Below, piece by piece: positions 29,979 to 39,945 of a stretch of DNA of 64,000 bases. Made by a program: the position numbers and the translations under genes. Position 1 is the stretch's first letter, and every line of letters starts with the position of its first letter. Source of the DNA: Felixounavirus LF82P2. The notes beneath the pieces are model-generated. The model worked only from the letters and a program-made list of their open reading frames with translations. It made no database searches and was not told the DNA's origin. Location of the stretch: the sequence record OZ035741.1, one strand, 5' to 3'.

Positions 29979-30259
29979 TGAGAGAGACTAAAATGGGAAT
30001 TTTAGGCAATATTAAAGCTGGCTTTTTGAAGGTACTGGCAAAAGCAGCAGCAATCATTTCTATGACTGGGAAGCAGGTTGGTGTAGATGCTTCAGCAATT
30101 GCACAGGTTCTTGCAAGCCAAATTGAACAGCAGCCTTACATCCACGTTGGACGTGGTAAAGGTGGTAAAAAACAAGCACATCGACCAACTGGTGCAGCAG
30201 CAATTAAACGTGCAGCTAAGAAAGCTCGTAACCGTAAACGTAATAAGAAGGCTAAATAA
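29978..30259 (+). CDS. hypothetical basic protein
   Basis: Lys/Arg-rich C-terminus (KRAAKKARNRKRNKKAK). Confidence 0.35.
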   Translation: MRETKMGILGNIKAGFLKVLAKAAAIISMTGKQVGVDASAIAQVLASQIEQQPYIHVGRGKGGKKQAHRPTGAAAIKRAAKKARNRKRNKKAK

Positions 30260-30261
30260 TC

Positions 30262-30573
30262 ATGAGCAAAGTTTATAACACTCGTAAGATTCAGATTGCA
30301 GTTCTGTGTCAGTTTATGGTTGAGCAACATAACGCACATTATTGTGGTACGGGATTTCTAACCTTTGGTGGCGAACACATCCCATTTAAGAAAGCTGTGA
30401 AGATGTACAACGAATCTCTTGATGGTAGTAAAGAGCTAGAACAGCTTAAACTAACTTACAATAAGAAAGACAAGAAGATTGTATGTCTAAACCACTCTAT
30501 TAAACCTACAAATTACATTATAAGCAACATTGGCGAAGAAGGCTTCCTCAAAGTGTTGAAAATCTCACAGTAA
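30262..30573 (+). CDS. hypothetical protein
   Basis: 103 aa ORF. Confidence 0.35.
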   Translation: MSKVYNTRKIQIAVLCQFMVEQHNAHYCGTGFLTFGGEHIPFKKAVKMYNESLDGSKELEQLKLTYNKKDKKIVCLNHSIKPTNYIISNIGEEGFLKVLKISQ

Positions 30574-30586
30574 TATTATATGATTA

Positions 30587-30615
30587 GGGAACTGTAAAGG
30601 TTCCCTTTTTATTTT
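30587..30615 (+). terminator. rho-independent terminator
   Basis: GGGAAC..GTTCCC hairpin followed by TTTTTATTTT. Confidence 0.5.
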
Positions 30616-30624
30616 GGAGATAAC

Positions 30625-31140
30625 ATGTATCTGTCAAACCTGAAACGTTCGGCTGCAATGTCAGTTCTAAGACTCAGCTTTGAGGAACGTCAAGAATTTA
30701 TAGACTCCCACAAATATGACCCTTCAAATTCTAATCACATGGTTCTTTGGAATCGTGATAACTTCCGTGAAAGAGCACTTGTCCGTTATTACCCACACTA
30801 CACAATAGATAACCTGTATGAATGGTGTGTTGTGAAGAACACCATTGCAACACTGAACAATCTTTGCAGGTATACGGGTAAGCAAACATTTACACTAGGC
30901 CACCACAAACCTGTTACAAAAGGTGGTGAACATCACTGTGCGAACTGGTTTATCCAAACTAAAGCTGATAACCAGAAGCAAGGAGATAGCCTCCTAAGTA
31001 TCCCTAAGATGACCTATGAAGAGCAAGAGAAATATATCAAAAATAATATGCCAGATGTGCTTGACAACAACTATACAGATTTGGCAATATCTCTCCTGTT
31101 GAAGTTCGAGACAGTTTATAGGGCAACTTATAATGGCTAA
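30625..31140 (+). CDS. HNH endonuclease-like protein
   Basis: GHHKPVTKGGEHHCANWFIQTKADN resembles HNH core. Confidence 0.45.
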   Translation: MYLSNLKRSAAMSVLRLSFEERQEFIDSHKYDPSNSNHMVLWNRDNFRERALVRYYPHYTIDNLYEWCVVKNTIATLNNLCRYTGKQTFTLGHHKPVTKGGEHHCANWFIQTKADNQKQGDSLLSIPKMTYEEQEKYIKNNMPDVLDNNYTDLAISLLLKFETVYRATYNG

Positions 31141-31411
31141 AGAAAAGTGGGAGATTTTACCATTAGTCAGTGAAGGAGGTAATGGTTGTGAAATGTACAT
31201 GATACGTGGTCATGTTCCAGAGCCAATTGCACTTGAGATGGTAAACAACTTTACAGATGGTTCTTACAAAGACTTAGGCGAACCAACTGTCAAGCAACAA
31301 TGGGTTAAACCTGTACCAGACAGCACAGGTAACTGTAGTGTACTTTATCACGTTGTAGACCCTGCAAAATGCAAATCTGCAATGGCAGTAACAAACGTAA
31401 CTTTTGATTGA
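31133..31411 (+). CDS. hypothetical protein
   Basis: 92 aa ORF. Confidence 0.35.
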   Translation: MAKEKWEILPLVSEGGNGCEMYMIRGHVPEPIALEMVNNFTDGSYKDLGEPTVKQQWVKPVPDSTGNCSVLYHVVDPAKCKSAMAVTNVTFD

Positions 31412-31422
31412 GAGAGAAAACT

Positions 31423-32304
31423 ATGAAAACATCTATCCGTGTTACAGTTCATTCACCAACTAAAGGGACTCATGAAGAAGAGTTTAACATCGTCCAATTC
31501 CCTTCTGGTGAGATTGGTGGACACTTTTCGCCAGAGTTTGTTGATTTTACTGCTTATGCAGCATCATCCATCAACAATGTGATTATGATTGTAAAAGGTT
31601 ATGACAAGGACACATTGTTTGCTGTGGCACTTGCTAAAGAAGCAATTGATGATTTAATTCCTCATGATTATGCTTTAAAGACTGTCATCTTTTACTACTT
31701 ACCAAATGCACGATATGACCGTCACATGTTTAAAGGTGACGCAGCAGCTTTAAAGGTTTTTGCTAAACAGATTAATGCAATGGGATTTGGCGCAGTCTGT
31801 GCAGTTGACCCTCACAGTTATGTACCAGATAACCTGTTTAACTGCTTCCAAAGTATTCCTCAAAAGGAGATTGCAGTCCACTATGCAAATGACCCTCTAA
31901 TTGATTACTTAGTAGCCCCAGATGCAGGTGCTGCTAAGAAGATTGCAGAGACTGCTAAAGAGGTGGATAAACCATACATCACAATGTCTAAAGTGCGTAA
32001 CCTTAAGACTGGTGAAATTACTGGTATGCGAATCCTTGATGATGTTGATTTGACAGATAAAACCGTCATGATTCTGGATGATATCTGTGATGGTGGTCGA
32101 ACCTTCATAGAAGCAGCGAAGCATCTTCGTGAAGCAGGTGCAAAACGTGTGGAACTTTATGTAACACATGGTATCTTCTCTAAAGATGTTGAAAACCTTC
32201 TTGACAATGGTATCGACCATATTTACACTACAAACTCTTTAGGCGAAGCTAAAGACCGTGGCTTAACACATTACAGTCAAGTTACTGTAGCAAACCTTGA
32301 TTGA
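31423..32304 (+). CDS. phosphoribosyltransferase-fold protein, probable ribose-phosphate pyrophosphokinase
   Basis: PRPP-binding loop VMILDDICDGGRTF; adjacent to nadV. Confidence 0.5.
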   Translation: MKTSIRVTVHSPTKGTHEEEFNIVQFPSGEIGGHFSPEFVDFTAYAASSINNVIMIVKGYDKDTLFAVALAKEAIDDLIPHDYALKTVIFYYLPNARYDRHMFKGDAAALKVFAKQINAMGFGAVCAVDPHSYVPDNLFNCFQSIPQKEIAVHYANDPLIDYLVAPDAGAAKKIAETAKEVDKPYITMSKVRNLKTGEITGMRILDDVDLTDKTVMILDDICDGGRTFIEAAKHLREAGAKRVELYVTHGIFSKDVENLLDNGIDHIYTTNSLGEAKDRGLTHYSQVTVANLD

Positions 32305-32312
32305 AAGTTTAT

Positions 32313-32333
32313 AGGGGCTTAAAAGCCCCATTT
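32313..32333 (+). terminator. rho-independent terminator
   Basis: GGGGCTTAAAAGCCCC followed by ATTTT. Confidence 0.4.
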
Positions 32334-32349
32334 TGAGAGAGATTAAAAG

Positions 32350-34131
32350 ATGACTAAATCACTTTATGCAGTACCAGCAGGTTTAAACGCAGATGCTTAC
32401 AAATCTGGTCATGTTTACCAGTACCCTAGTGCAACAGAGTACTTGATGTTCAACCTGACACCACGTAGTGACAAATGGTTTAACAGCCCCTTAGCAATTG
32501 ATGGTGTAGTAGCTTTTGGTATTCAACGTTTCGTTAAAGATTACTTGATAGACCACTGGAACGCCACTTTCTTTGAACGTGATAAAAAAGAAGCCATTGA
32601 TGAAATCTTAGAAGTCATGAATGGTGTTCTGGGTAAAGATGCTATCAGTCGAGAGCATTGGGAAGCACTTCACGACTTAGGTTATCTACCAGTTGAAGTA
32701 TACGCTGTAGAAGAAGGTACAGTTGTCCCTATGCGTGTCCCAATGATTGTTTTCCAGAACACTGTTTCAGGTTTCCATTGGGTAGCAGGTTATCTGGAAG
32801 ATGCTTTCTCTGCTGAGATTTGGAAGGCTTGTACCATTGCAACTATTGCATTGCACTACAAACGTATCTGTAAGAAGTGGGCTGACCTTACTTGTGACAA
32901 CGACTTACATTTGCCTTATCAGTGCCATGACTTTGCTATGCGTGGTATGTCCGGCTTTACTGATGACGCATTTAACGCTGTAGGCCACTTAACCAGCTTT
33001 AAAGGAACTGATAGCTTCCCTGCTGTGTATACGGCTAAACGAATCTATGGACAGTCCTACCCAATCTCTGATATTGGTAGCTCTGTACCAGCCACTGAGC
33101 ACTCTGTAATGTGTGCAAACATTGCTTGGGAAGGTGGTAATGAGTTGATTGAAGAAGAAAGACGCTTTAAAGGTGAGTTACAAACCTTCCGTCGTTTCTT
33201 AACAGAAACTTACCCAACTGGTATTGCAAGTATTGTTTCAGATACTTATAACTTCTGGAGAACTGTGTCAGAAATCTTACCAGCACTCCGTAAAGAAATT
33301 ATGGAACGTGATGGTAAACTGGTAATTCGCCCTGACTCTGGAGACCCTGTACATATTGTCACAGGTTATAAAGCAATCCACTTAGAGTGTGCTAAAAAGG
33401 CTTATTACGAGCACCTAAGCAAGCTTGAAGCCAGCGACACAATGTTGAATGCTGTTCTGAACATGAAGCTTGAAAACATCAATTATGGTATTGCTGGATG
33501 GCTACTGTCAGAAGGCTACGAAATGGTTGTTGACAGAGAAGACTTTGAAGTTGCTGATACAGTGCTGTTGAAAAATGCTTATATGGTTGGTTCTGCAAAC
33601 GTTGTAACACGTCCTGTAGCGGAGATTGATGGAGCTATCAAGACACTGTATAACATCTTTGGAGGAACTATCAACTCTAAAGGTTTTAAAGTACTGGATG
33701 AGCATATCGGGCTTATTTATGGCGACTCTATCACGCTGGAACGTGCAAACGAAATACTGAAGCGTTTGTATGAAATGGGTTTTGCAAGCTCTAACGTAGT
33801 GTTTGGTGTAGGTTCTTACACTTACCAGTACATGACTCGTGACACCTTTGCATTTGCTGTCAAAGCAACTCTTGCAAGCATTGGTGGTAAAGAGATTATG
33901 CTTGCAAAAGACCCTAAAACAGATAGTGGTGTTAAGAAATCTGCCTTTGGTGGTGTAGCACCTATGTGGGATGGTGATAAGCTGAAAGCTGTAGATGGCT
34001 ATGGATTCCAGAGTTTTGCAGATGTACTTGACCACCCAGCTTGTGCTTTACGTTTAGTCTTTAGCGACTCTGAGCAGTTTGGTTACACAACTCTTGGGGA
34101 TATTCGAAATAATATTGACAAGCAGCTTTAA
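32350..34131 (+). CDS. nadV: nicotinamide phosphoribosyltransferase
   Basis: 593 aa; N-terminal DAYKSGH..YP signature of NAMPT family. Confidence 0.7.
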   Translation: MTKSLYAVPAGLNADAYKSGHVYQYPSATEYLMFNLTPRSDKWFNSPLAIDGVVAFGIQRFVKDYLIDHWNATFFERDKKEAIDEILEVMNGVLGKDAISREHWEALHDLGYLPVEVYAVEEGTVVPMRVPMIVFQNTVSGFHWVAGYLEDAFSAEIWKACTIATIALHYKRICKKWADLTCDNDLHLPYQCHDFAMRGMSGFTDDAFNAVGHLTSFKGTDSFPAVYTAKRIYGQSYPISDIGSSVPATEHSVMCANIAWEGGNELIEEERRFKGELQTFRRFLTETYPTGIASIVSDTYNFWRTVSEILPALRKEIMERDGKLVIRPDSGDPVHIVTGYKAIHLECAKKAYYEHLSKLEASDTMLNAVLNMKLENINYGIAGWLLSEGYEMVVDREDFEVADTVLLKNAYMVGSANVVTRPVAEIDGAIKTLYNIFGGTINSKGFKVLDEHIGLIYGDSITLERANEILKRLYEMGFASSNVVFGVGSYTYQYMTRDTFAFAVKATLASIGGKEIMLAKDPKTDSGVKKSAFGGVAPMWDGDKLKAVDGYGFQSFADVLDHPACALRLVFSDSEQFGYTTLGDIRNNIDKQL

Positions 34132-34145
34132 AAGTATATGATAAG

Positions 34146-34170
34146 AGGCTCCTACGGGAGCCTTTTTAAT
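34146..34170 (+). terminator. rho-independent terminator
   Basis: GAGGCTCC-TACG-GGAGCCT followed by TTTTT. Confidence 0.45.
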
Positions 34171-34181
34171 TTCTGGAGAAG

Positions 34182-34529
34182 ATGATGGATAGCCTTTCTA
34201 TATGGTTTAACAAGAAACCTGTGCAACCAAAATACTTACAAGTTGCCTATACAGACATCCTTGAAGTTCTCGGTAAAGAAAAGTTTGAAAAGTTTTGTGA
34301 AGGTATCTACAATCACCACTGCCAATTTGCTACAAAAGAAGGTATGTTTGTCATAGAACAATTCTTTGGCAGAGACCCAGATGACTATGAAGAGATTAGC
34401 TTTGTAATGAAATACATGATAGATTATATTGAAAATCGTGGATTCGAAGTTAATCCTGAGTTTTATGAACATGAGGGTGTACCTTTAGCAAAAGGTTTTG
34501 ATGGTATACTCGTTAACTGGACTTGGTGA
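34182..34529 (+). CDS. hypothetical protein
   Basis: 115 aa ORF. Confidence 0.35.
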   Translation: MMDSLSIWFNKKPVQPKYLQVAYTDILEVLGKEKFEKFCEGIYNHHCQFATKEGMFVIEQFFGRDPDDYEEISFVMKYMIDYIENRGFEVNPEFYEHEGVPLAKGFDGILVNWTW

Positions 34530-34870
34530 AAACTATGAAAATCAAAGAGATGAATATCAACATTGTCTTAGAAGAACGTTGGGAGAATATTAAGAAACCT
34601 GAAAATGGTCATAAGTTCCTTAACAAAATTTTAGTAGCAGCTAAAGAAGAACTGACTGGTAAGATTGCAGCAGCAATCACAATAAAGGTCTGCGTAAAAG
34701 GTCTTCCAGACAATCACCAATTTGCACTTGACGAGTTTAAAGGAAGCTTCTACAATCCAAACAAACAGATGCTTGAAAGTAACTTTGCAGTGTCTACAAG
34801 TATCGTTCATGACAGAAGCTTTATCCTTTACAAGAATATGAGAGGTGAGTCATGCAAGCATATTGGATAG
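34523..34870 (+). CDS. hypothetical protein
   Basis: 115 aa ORF. Confidence 0.35.
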   Translation: MVKTMKIKEMNINIVLEERWENIKKPENGHKFLNKILVAAKEELTGKIAAAITIKVCVKGLPDNHQFALDEFKGSFYNPNKQMLESNFAVSTSIVHDRSFILYKNMRGESCKHIG

Positions 34871-35028
34871 AAATTTTGCTGTCACTTGGTAGTGTAGCAG
34901 TATTTGTTTACCTCCTTTGTAAGTACTTTGCAGAGCACAAAAAATGTGACTACTGTAATGGAGAGGGGTACATAAGGGCAGGATGTTGCCCTATGTGTGG
35001 TGGTTCTGGTAAAATGTTTAATAAGTAA
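34852..35028 (+). CDS. small membrane-anchored protein with DnaJ-type zinc finger (58 aa, not in ORF track)
   Basis: GAGGTG RBS; N-terminal hydrophobic helix then CDYCNGEG and CPMCGGSG (CxxCxGxG x2). Confidence 0.35.
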   Translation: MQAYWIEILLSLGSVAVFVYLLCKYFAEHKKCDYCNGEGYIRAGCCPMCGGSGKMFNK

Positions 35029-35056
35029 TTTAACAGTAAACTGAGAGGAAAGTATT

Positions 35057-37423
35057 ATGCGCATGGTAAATGACCACGCAGAAGTGATTAAGAGTTCAAC
35101 TTCTTTAGAGACGTCTCAAGCACAGATTACAATGACACCTGAGATGTTCAGCCTTTTGAGTTCTGGTGTATATACCTTTAAAGAAAGGGCAGTGATTCGT
35201 GAACTGTCATGTAACGCAGTAGATGCTCAGAAAGAAGCTGGAAAAGAGAACATCCCATTCCATGTGCATTTACCTACTCGTTTTGAGCCTTACTTCGAAG
35301 TTCGTGATTTTGGAACTGGATTGACTCATGATAAAGTTATGAGTTTGTACCTAAACTATGGAGCTTCTACGAAGAATGACTCTAATGACTACATTGGTGC
35401 AATGGGTATCGGCTCAAAGTCACCATTTGCAATTGCTCAGTCATTCACAGTATCTAGTTATGTTGACGGTGTTGTTAATAAGTACTCTGTTTATCTTGAG
35501 AATGGTATCCCTCAAGTAACTAAGCTGACAACTAACCAAACAAAAGAACCTAATGGTTTAGCTGTACGTGTGGCAGTTGCTGACCACCGTATCTCAAAGT
35601 TCTTTGAAGAAGCTGGGAATGTGTACTCATACTTCACTGTAAAACCAGAAAGTAATATTGAGTACGACGATGTATTAGCAGATATGAACGTAATTGCCCG
35701 TGAAGAAGGTGTTTATGATGCCATGATTCATAAGCACAGCTGGCGTTCTAGTGATAACAGGACAGAGTTTAATGTGGTGATGGGTAACATTGCCTATCCA
35801 GTGAACATGGAAGCGTTACTTGGTGATGATTTCTTCAAAGTCTTGCCAGAGTTTTTCCGTAGGAGCGTAGACCTTGTAAACATCTACATGCCTATTGGTT
35901 CAGTTGCTATTGCAGCTTCTCGTGAAGCATTGCAGATGAATGACACGACAAAAAATGTTATCATTGAGGCTACTAAAAAGATAACTGAAGCAATTACAAA
36001 GGATGTTATCAAAAAGATTAACAATCAGCCCACACTCATGGATGCTGCACAGGCTTATGCTGAGTTGCGTTTGAACTCACGAGAAATGTTTAATGCTGTG
36101 TGTCCAAAGCTAGAGTGGGGAGGCGTTAAGCTTGATTCTCTGGAAGAAGAGTTGCTAAACATTCGTCGCGGGATTATCTACGCAGAAGACGGCTCAGTCA
36201 TTTATGAACGTGACGGTAAAGGTAACATTAAGGTTGATAGGAACGGAAACAACATCCCTAAAGTAGATTACCTTTATGACCCAGTTGCTTATGTCAAGTT
36301 CAACTCTTTAGAGAGTAAGATTCGTGCAACAGCACTTTCCTACACTCAAGAGGCAAGTATGTTCAATATCTTTGGTGCAATGCGTAAAAGCCAAATTGAA
36401 CAGTTTTTGTTTGTTATAAATGACCGTCGCAATAAAAATGGTACTGAGAAGACTGTAGGACGCAATCAAATCTTGCGTGGTGCATGTCGAGACTATGCCA
36501 GTGAGTCTAGTCTGTTTCACAGATACAATGGTATTGTCTTTGTATTCTCAACTGAAAAAGAGTTAGATGACCTAATCAATCTACACAAACTTGATAAAAG
36601 CTTGTTAAAGATTGTGAAGATGTCTGATAAGGAACACCATTATCAGCGTAAAGAAGCTGTAAGAGGTGTTGTAAAACTCTGGAAAGCTGTTCCAGCAGAA
36701 GGTGTAGCTTCCTATAAAGAGGTTTCAGAGGACTTTGATACAATTGAAGAACCCCAGCTTTACATTAAGGCAATTGGTGACACAGTTGATGGTGAATGTT
36801 TTTGCTCATCCCCAGAAGATGTAGCTAAGTCAGTTGCTAATGTTATTGGAAAGACAGTCTATGTTTTCCGAAAAGCAAATTGGAAAAAGATACCAGAAGA
36901 CTGGATTGAAGTAGATGAGAAACTCTTGAACGATAGCTTAACTGATGTTCATTGGATTAATCATAACAGGTATATGACACGTATCTATATGAATGGTGTC
37001 CTTGACCTTACAAGCAGTTGGATTATTGCCAGAAACTTTACGTTCAATAACAGGAAGATTTCTCGTGGCTATTGCTATTCACGGGATACAAACAAAACTA
37101 TCTTCCTAGAAGGTAATGAAGAGGCTGTAGAGGCAATGTTTGGTAAAATCCAGTATGTTGCTGCACCATTTGCATACACTTACACTATTAGTGTGTTGAA
37201 AACTTTGAAAGATTGTCTTGACAACGATACAAAGCTTTACAAGAAAATTAAGAAAGCTGGTGACCGTATGGTTATTAAGGTGACAAACTACCTTTCAAAA
37301 AGAAAACAAGAAAACTTCTTGCTTTCCCATTTAGATTGGAATAAAGTGTCACCCATCGAAGTGAGTAAGTTCTTAGGTTTTGATGTGAAGTGTGTTCCAG
37401 AAGGAACTACAGTTTACGATTAA
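35057..37423 (+). CDS. rIIA-like protein (GHKL-type ATPase fold at N-terminus)
   Basis: 788 aa; N-box-like RELSCNAVDA and G1-like VRDFGTGL; followed by rIIB-like gene. Confidence 0.5.
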   Translation: MRMVNDHAEVIKSSTSLETSQAQITMTPEMFSLLSSGVYTFKERAVIRELSCNAVDAQKEAGKENIPFHVHLPTRFEPYFEVRDFGTGLTHDKVMSLYLNYGASTKNDSNDYIGAMGIGSKSPFAIAQSFTVSSYVDGVVNKYSVYLENGIPQVTKLTTNQTKEPNGLAVRVAVADHRISKFFEEAGNVYSYFTVKPESNIEYDDVLADMNVIAREEGVYDAMIHKHSWRSSDNRTEFNVVMGNIAYPVNMEALLGDDFFKVLPEFFRRSVDLVNIYMPIGSVAIAASREALQMNDTTKNVIIEATKKITEAITKDVIKKINNQPTLMDAAQAYAELRLNSREMFNAVCPKLEWGGVKLDSLEEELLNIRRGIIYAEDGSVIYERDGKGNIKVDRNGNNIPKVDYLYDPVAYVKFNSLESKIRATALSYTQEASMFNIFGAMRKSQIEQFLFVINDRRNKNGTEKTVGRNQILRGACRDYASESSLFHRYNGIVFVFSTEKELDDLINLHKLDKSLLKIVKMSDKEHHYQRKEAVRGVVKLWKAVPAEGVASYKEVSEDFDTIEEPQLYIKAIGDTVDGECFCSSPEDVAKSVANVIGKTVYVFRKANWKKIPEDWIEVDEKLLNDSLTDVHWINHNRYMTRIYMNGVLDLTSSWIIARNFTFNNRKISRGYCYSRDTNKTIFLEGNEEAVEAMFGKIQYVAAPFAYTYTISVLKTLKDCLDNDTKLYKKIKKAGDRMVIKVTNYLSKRKQENFLLSHLDWNKVSPIEVSKFLGFDVKCVPEGTTVYD

Positions 37424-37502
37424 AGTGTTTGACAAGGGGCTTCAAAGCCCCTTAGAATAACCTCACAAAATGATTTATTAACTAACAAGAGAGAGTAATA
37501 AG

Positions 37503-38612
37503 ATGACTACTAAAACTAAAGCACAGATTGACGCAGAAATTTACAAACTGGTTAAAGAAGGTAAGCTGACTAAAACAGCTATTGCACAGAGATTTAATAC
37601 TTCAACCCGTTCAGTTGGTCGTGCTGTAGAGCGTCATGAAGCAACTTTAAAAGGGGATAAGAAGGCAACTTCTACACCAGCTACGAAGACTTTGAAGCAA
37701 GTTGCTAAGACATTTAAAAAGAAAGCTGACAAACCAGTTGAAAAGGTCGTTAAAGATGCTGTACAGAAAGCTCCAGTAAATAAACTGCATGAAGCTATGC
37801 AGAAAGATGACAAAATTGAGTACATGATTACTGGCGACTCTGTAATTATGACTTATGGTTCAGAATCTGAAATTGTTGAGTCTACTCATCCGAACTATCA
37901 AGAGATTGTAGTTCATGTTGTGAAAGGTGAGTTCAAGAAAGCCTTTGAACTGATGAATATTCGTAAGTCTATCGAAAACTTCACTCAGGGTGCTATCACA
38001 ATCAAAGGTGACAAGCTATTCTACGGTGCTGTTGAGATGCGTTCTACTCTGGTTGACCGTATTCTTCACATGATGAAGACTGGAGATAAAGGCTTTGAAC
38101 GCCTTGTGATGTTCTTCGAAAAACTGATGGAAAACCCATCTAAAGACTCTGTAGAACAACTTTGGGGCTTTGTATCTCACCTTGATGTTGAAATTGATGA
38201 AGAAGGCTACATCATTGGTTGGAAGAAAGTATCTACTCGTGAAGGTAAGCTGGTTGACTCCCACACCTACAAAGTTCCTAACGATTTGGGTAACATTGTA
38301 GAGATGCCACGTTGGATGGTTGATAATAACCGTAACGTGACTTGCTCTCAAGGTCTTCATGTTGGTGCTTGGGATTATGTTCGTAGCTTCTCAGGTGATA
38401 CAATCCTGAAAGTTCGTGTCCACCCACGAGATGTTGTATCTGTTCCAACTGATTACAATGATATGAAAATGCGTTCATCACGTTATGAAGTTGCAGCTAT
38501 CGTTGATAGCCAGCGTAATGTTCTGAAAGCATGGGATGGCAAGACTGAAGCTCTACATGTTATCGTTGGTACTGCTGGCGAACTTATTTCTCAGCGTAAA
38601 CGTGAAATCTAA
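37503..38612 (+). CDS. rIIB-like protein (putative)
   Basis: 369 aa immediately downstream of rIIA-like gene; assignment by synteny only. Confidence 0.3.
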   Translation: MTTKTKAQIDAEIYKLVKEGKLTKTAIAQRFNTSTRSVGRAVERHEATLKGDKKATSTPATKTLKQVAKTFKKKADKPVEKVVKDAVQKAPVNKLHEAMQKDDKIEYMITGDSVIMTYGSESEIVESTHPNYQEIVVHVVKGEFKKAFELMNIRKSIENFTQGAITIKGDKLFYGAVEMRSTLVDRILHMMKTGDKGFERLVMFFEKLMENPSKDSVEQLWGFVSHLDVEIDEEGYIIGWKKVSTREGKLVDSHTYKVPNDLGNIVEMPRWMVDNNRNVTCSQGLHVGAWDYVRSFSGDTILKVRVHPRDVVSVPTDYNDMKMRSSRYEVAAIVDSQRNVLKAWDGKTEALHVIVGTAGELISQRKREI

Positions 38613-38628
38613 TAAGTAATTCTCTTAA

Positions 38629-38657
38629 AAGGCTGCTTCGGCGGCCTTTTTTATTTG
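38629..38657 (+). terminator. rho-independent terminator
   Basis: AAGGCTGC-TTCG-GCGGCCTT followed by TTTTTATTT. Confidence 0.5.
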
Positions 38658-38713
38658 TATTTTGTGCAGAGTGCTGTATAATTGTTGTCACGATAAACTA
38701 AACAGGAGAACCA

Positions 38714-39262
38714 ATGAAGAAATTGATTCTAGGTTTGTGCTTAATGTTTACAGCACACTTATCTTATGCAGTTGACTGCCCAGAGCTATCAATTAGCCAA
38801 AAAGTGAACATGTTAAAAGCTTACCAGTATGGCGAGAATAACATGGGTAAAGGTTGGGGTATCACTCTAGCAGCTATAGCCTTACAAGAGTCAGAGTTAG
38901 GTCTGAAGGTAGAAAATAAAAAGACACATGATTATGGTATTTTCCAGAATCACTTGAAGACTGTTGTAAAGCGTAACAAAATTAGCCCTAATGTGGCTAA
39001 AAAGAAACTCTTAAGAGACTTTGATTATGCTGCGAAGGAAACTCACAAAGAGCTTGAGTTTTGGACAAAGGTGCATGGTCAGCCAAAGTCAAAGAAGACT
39101 TTACAAAAAGTTTTAGCATCATATAATGCTGGGTATTCGTACAGAATCCCTAAAGCTAAGAAGTATTCTCAAGATGTCTATAACAACATGAAAGTAATTG
39201 CTCAATGTGAATTTGCAACAAACATTTCTAAGGTAAATCATGAAAAAATTAAGAAAGTCTGA
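38714..39262 (+). CDS. hypothetical secreted protein (possible lytic transglycosylase-like)
   Basis: Signal peptide; ALQESELGL..GIFQ weakly resembles SLT catalytic region. Confidence 0.35.
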   Translation: MKKLILGLCLMFTAHLSYAVDCPELSISQKVNMLKAYQYGENNMGKGWGITLAAIALQESELGLKVENKKTHDYGIFQNHLKTVVKRNKISPNVAKKKLLRDFDYAAKETHKELEFWTKVHGQPKSKKTLQKVLASYNAGYSYRIPKAKKYSQDVYNNMKVIAQCEFATNISKVNHEKIKKV

Positions 39263-39935
39263 TGAAGTACTGTGTCATGCTTATGACTTACATCCTCATG
39301 AGTTAGGTCTTGATTCCTGTGTATGGTCTCCAGAACAGTGTAGGGATTTTGAAGACACTGCAAGAGAAGTTGTATGTTCACTTGAAGAGTTCCACACATC
39401 AGAACCAATTGTGAACGTTGTGGACAAAGAGACTGGACAATCTATAGGAGTAAGTCGTGATAGCTTAGTCATAGTCAATAAAGACCTTGTAGAAAAAGGG
39501 AATCTCATCTTAGCAGATATTGATGGTGTTCTTACAAATTTTAATCACGAAGATTGTTCAACGGAATTGACTGATGGGTCATTCTCACAGTACACTAATC
39601 TTCTTGATTCTGTAAGAGCAAAACCAACGTATGTTTTTAGTATTATTGATGCAATTGCTAATCATGCTGCCATTGGACTCTTGACAGCGAGAGGTGAATC
39701 TCAGAGAATACCTACTGAGATGTTTTTAAGGCATAACATAGAGCATGACTACATGCTTTTTATGCGTGGTTTTGGAACTAACTCTATAAGTGCAGAAAGT
39801 TTGAAAGTGAGGATGATTCAGTCTTGCATCCTGCCTTACTTTAATATAGTATGTTTTATAGAAGACACAGAGAAGAATGTGCAGAAGGTGAACAGAATCC
39901 TTCCACACATTAAAACCATGTTAGTTAAACATTGA
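39240..39935 (+). CDS. hypothetical protein
   Basis: 231 aa ORF. Confidence 0.4.
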   Translation: MKKLRKSDEVLCHAYDLHPHELGLDSCVWSPEQCRDFEDTAREVVCSLEEFHTSEPIVNVVDKETGQSIGVSRDSLVIVNKDLVEKGNLILADIDGVLTNFNHEDCSTELTDGSFSQYTNLLDSVRAKPTYVFSIIDAIANHAAIGLLTARGESQRIPTEMFLRHNIEHDYMLFMRGFGTNSISAESLKVRMIQSCILPYFNIVCFIEDTEKNVQKVNRILPHIKTMLVKH

Positions 39936-39945
39936 GAGAAAACTT

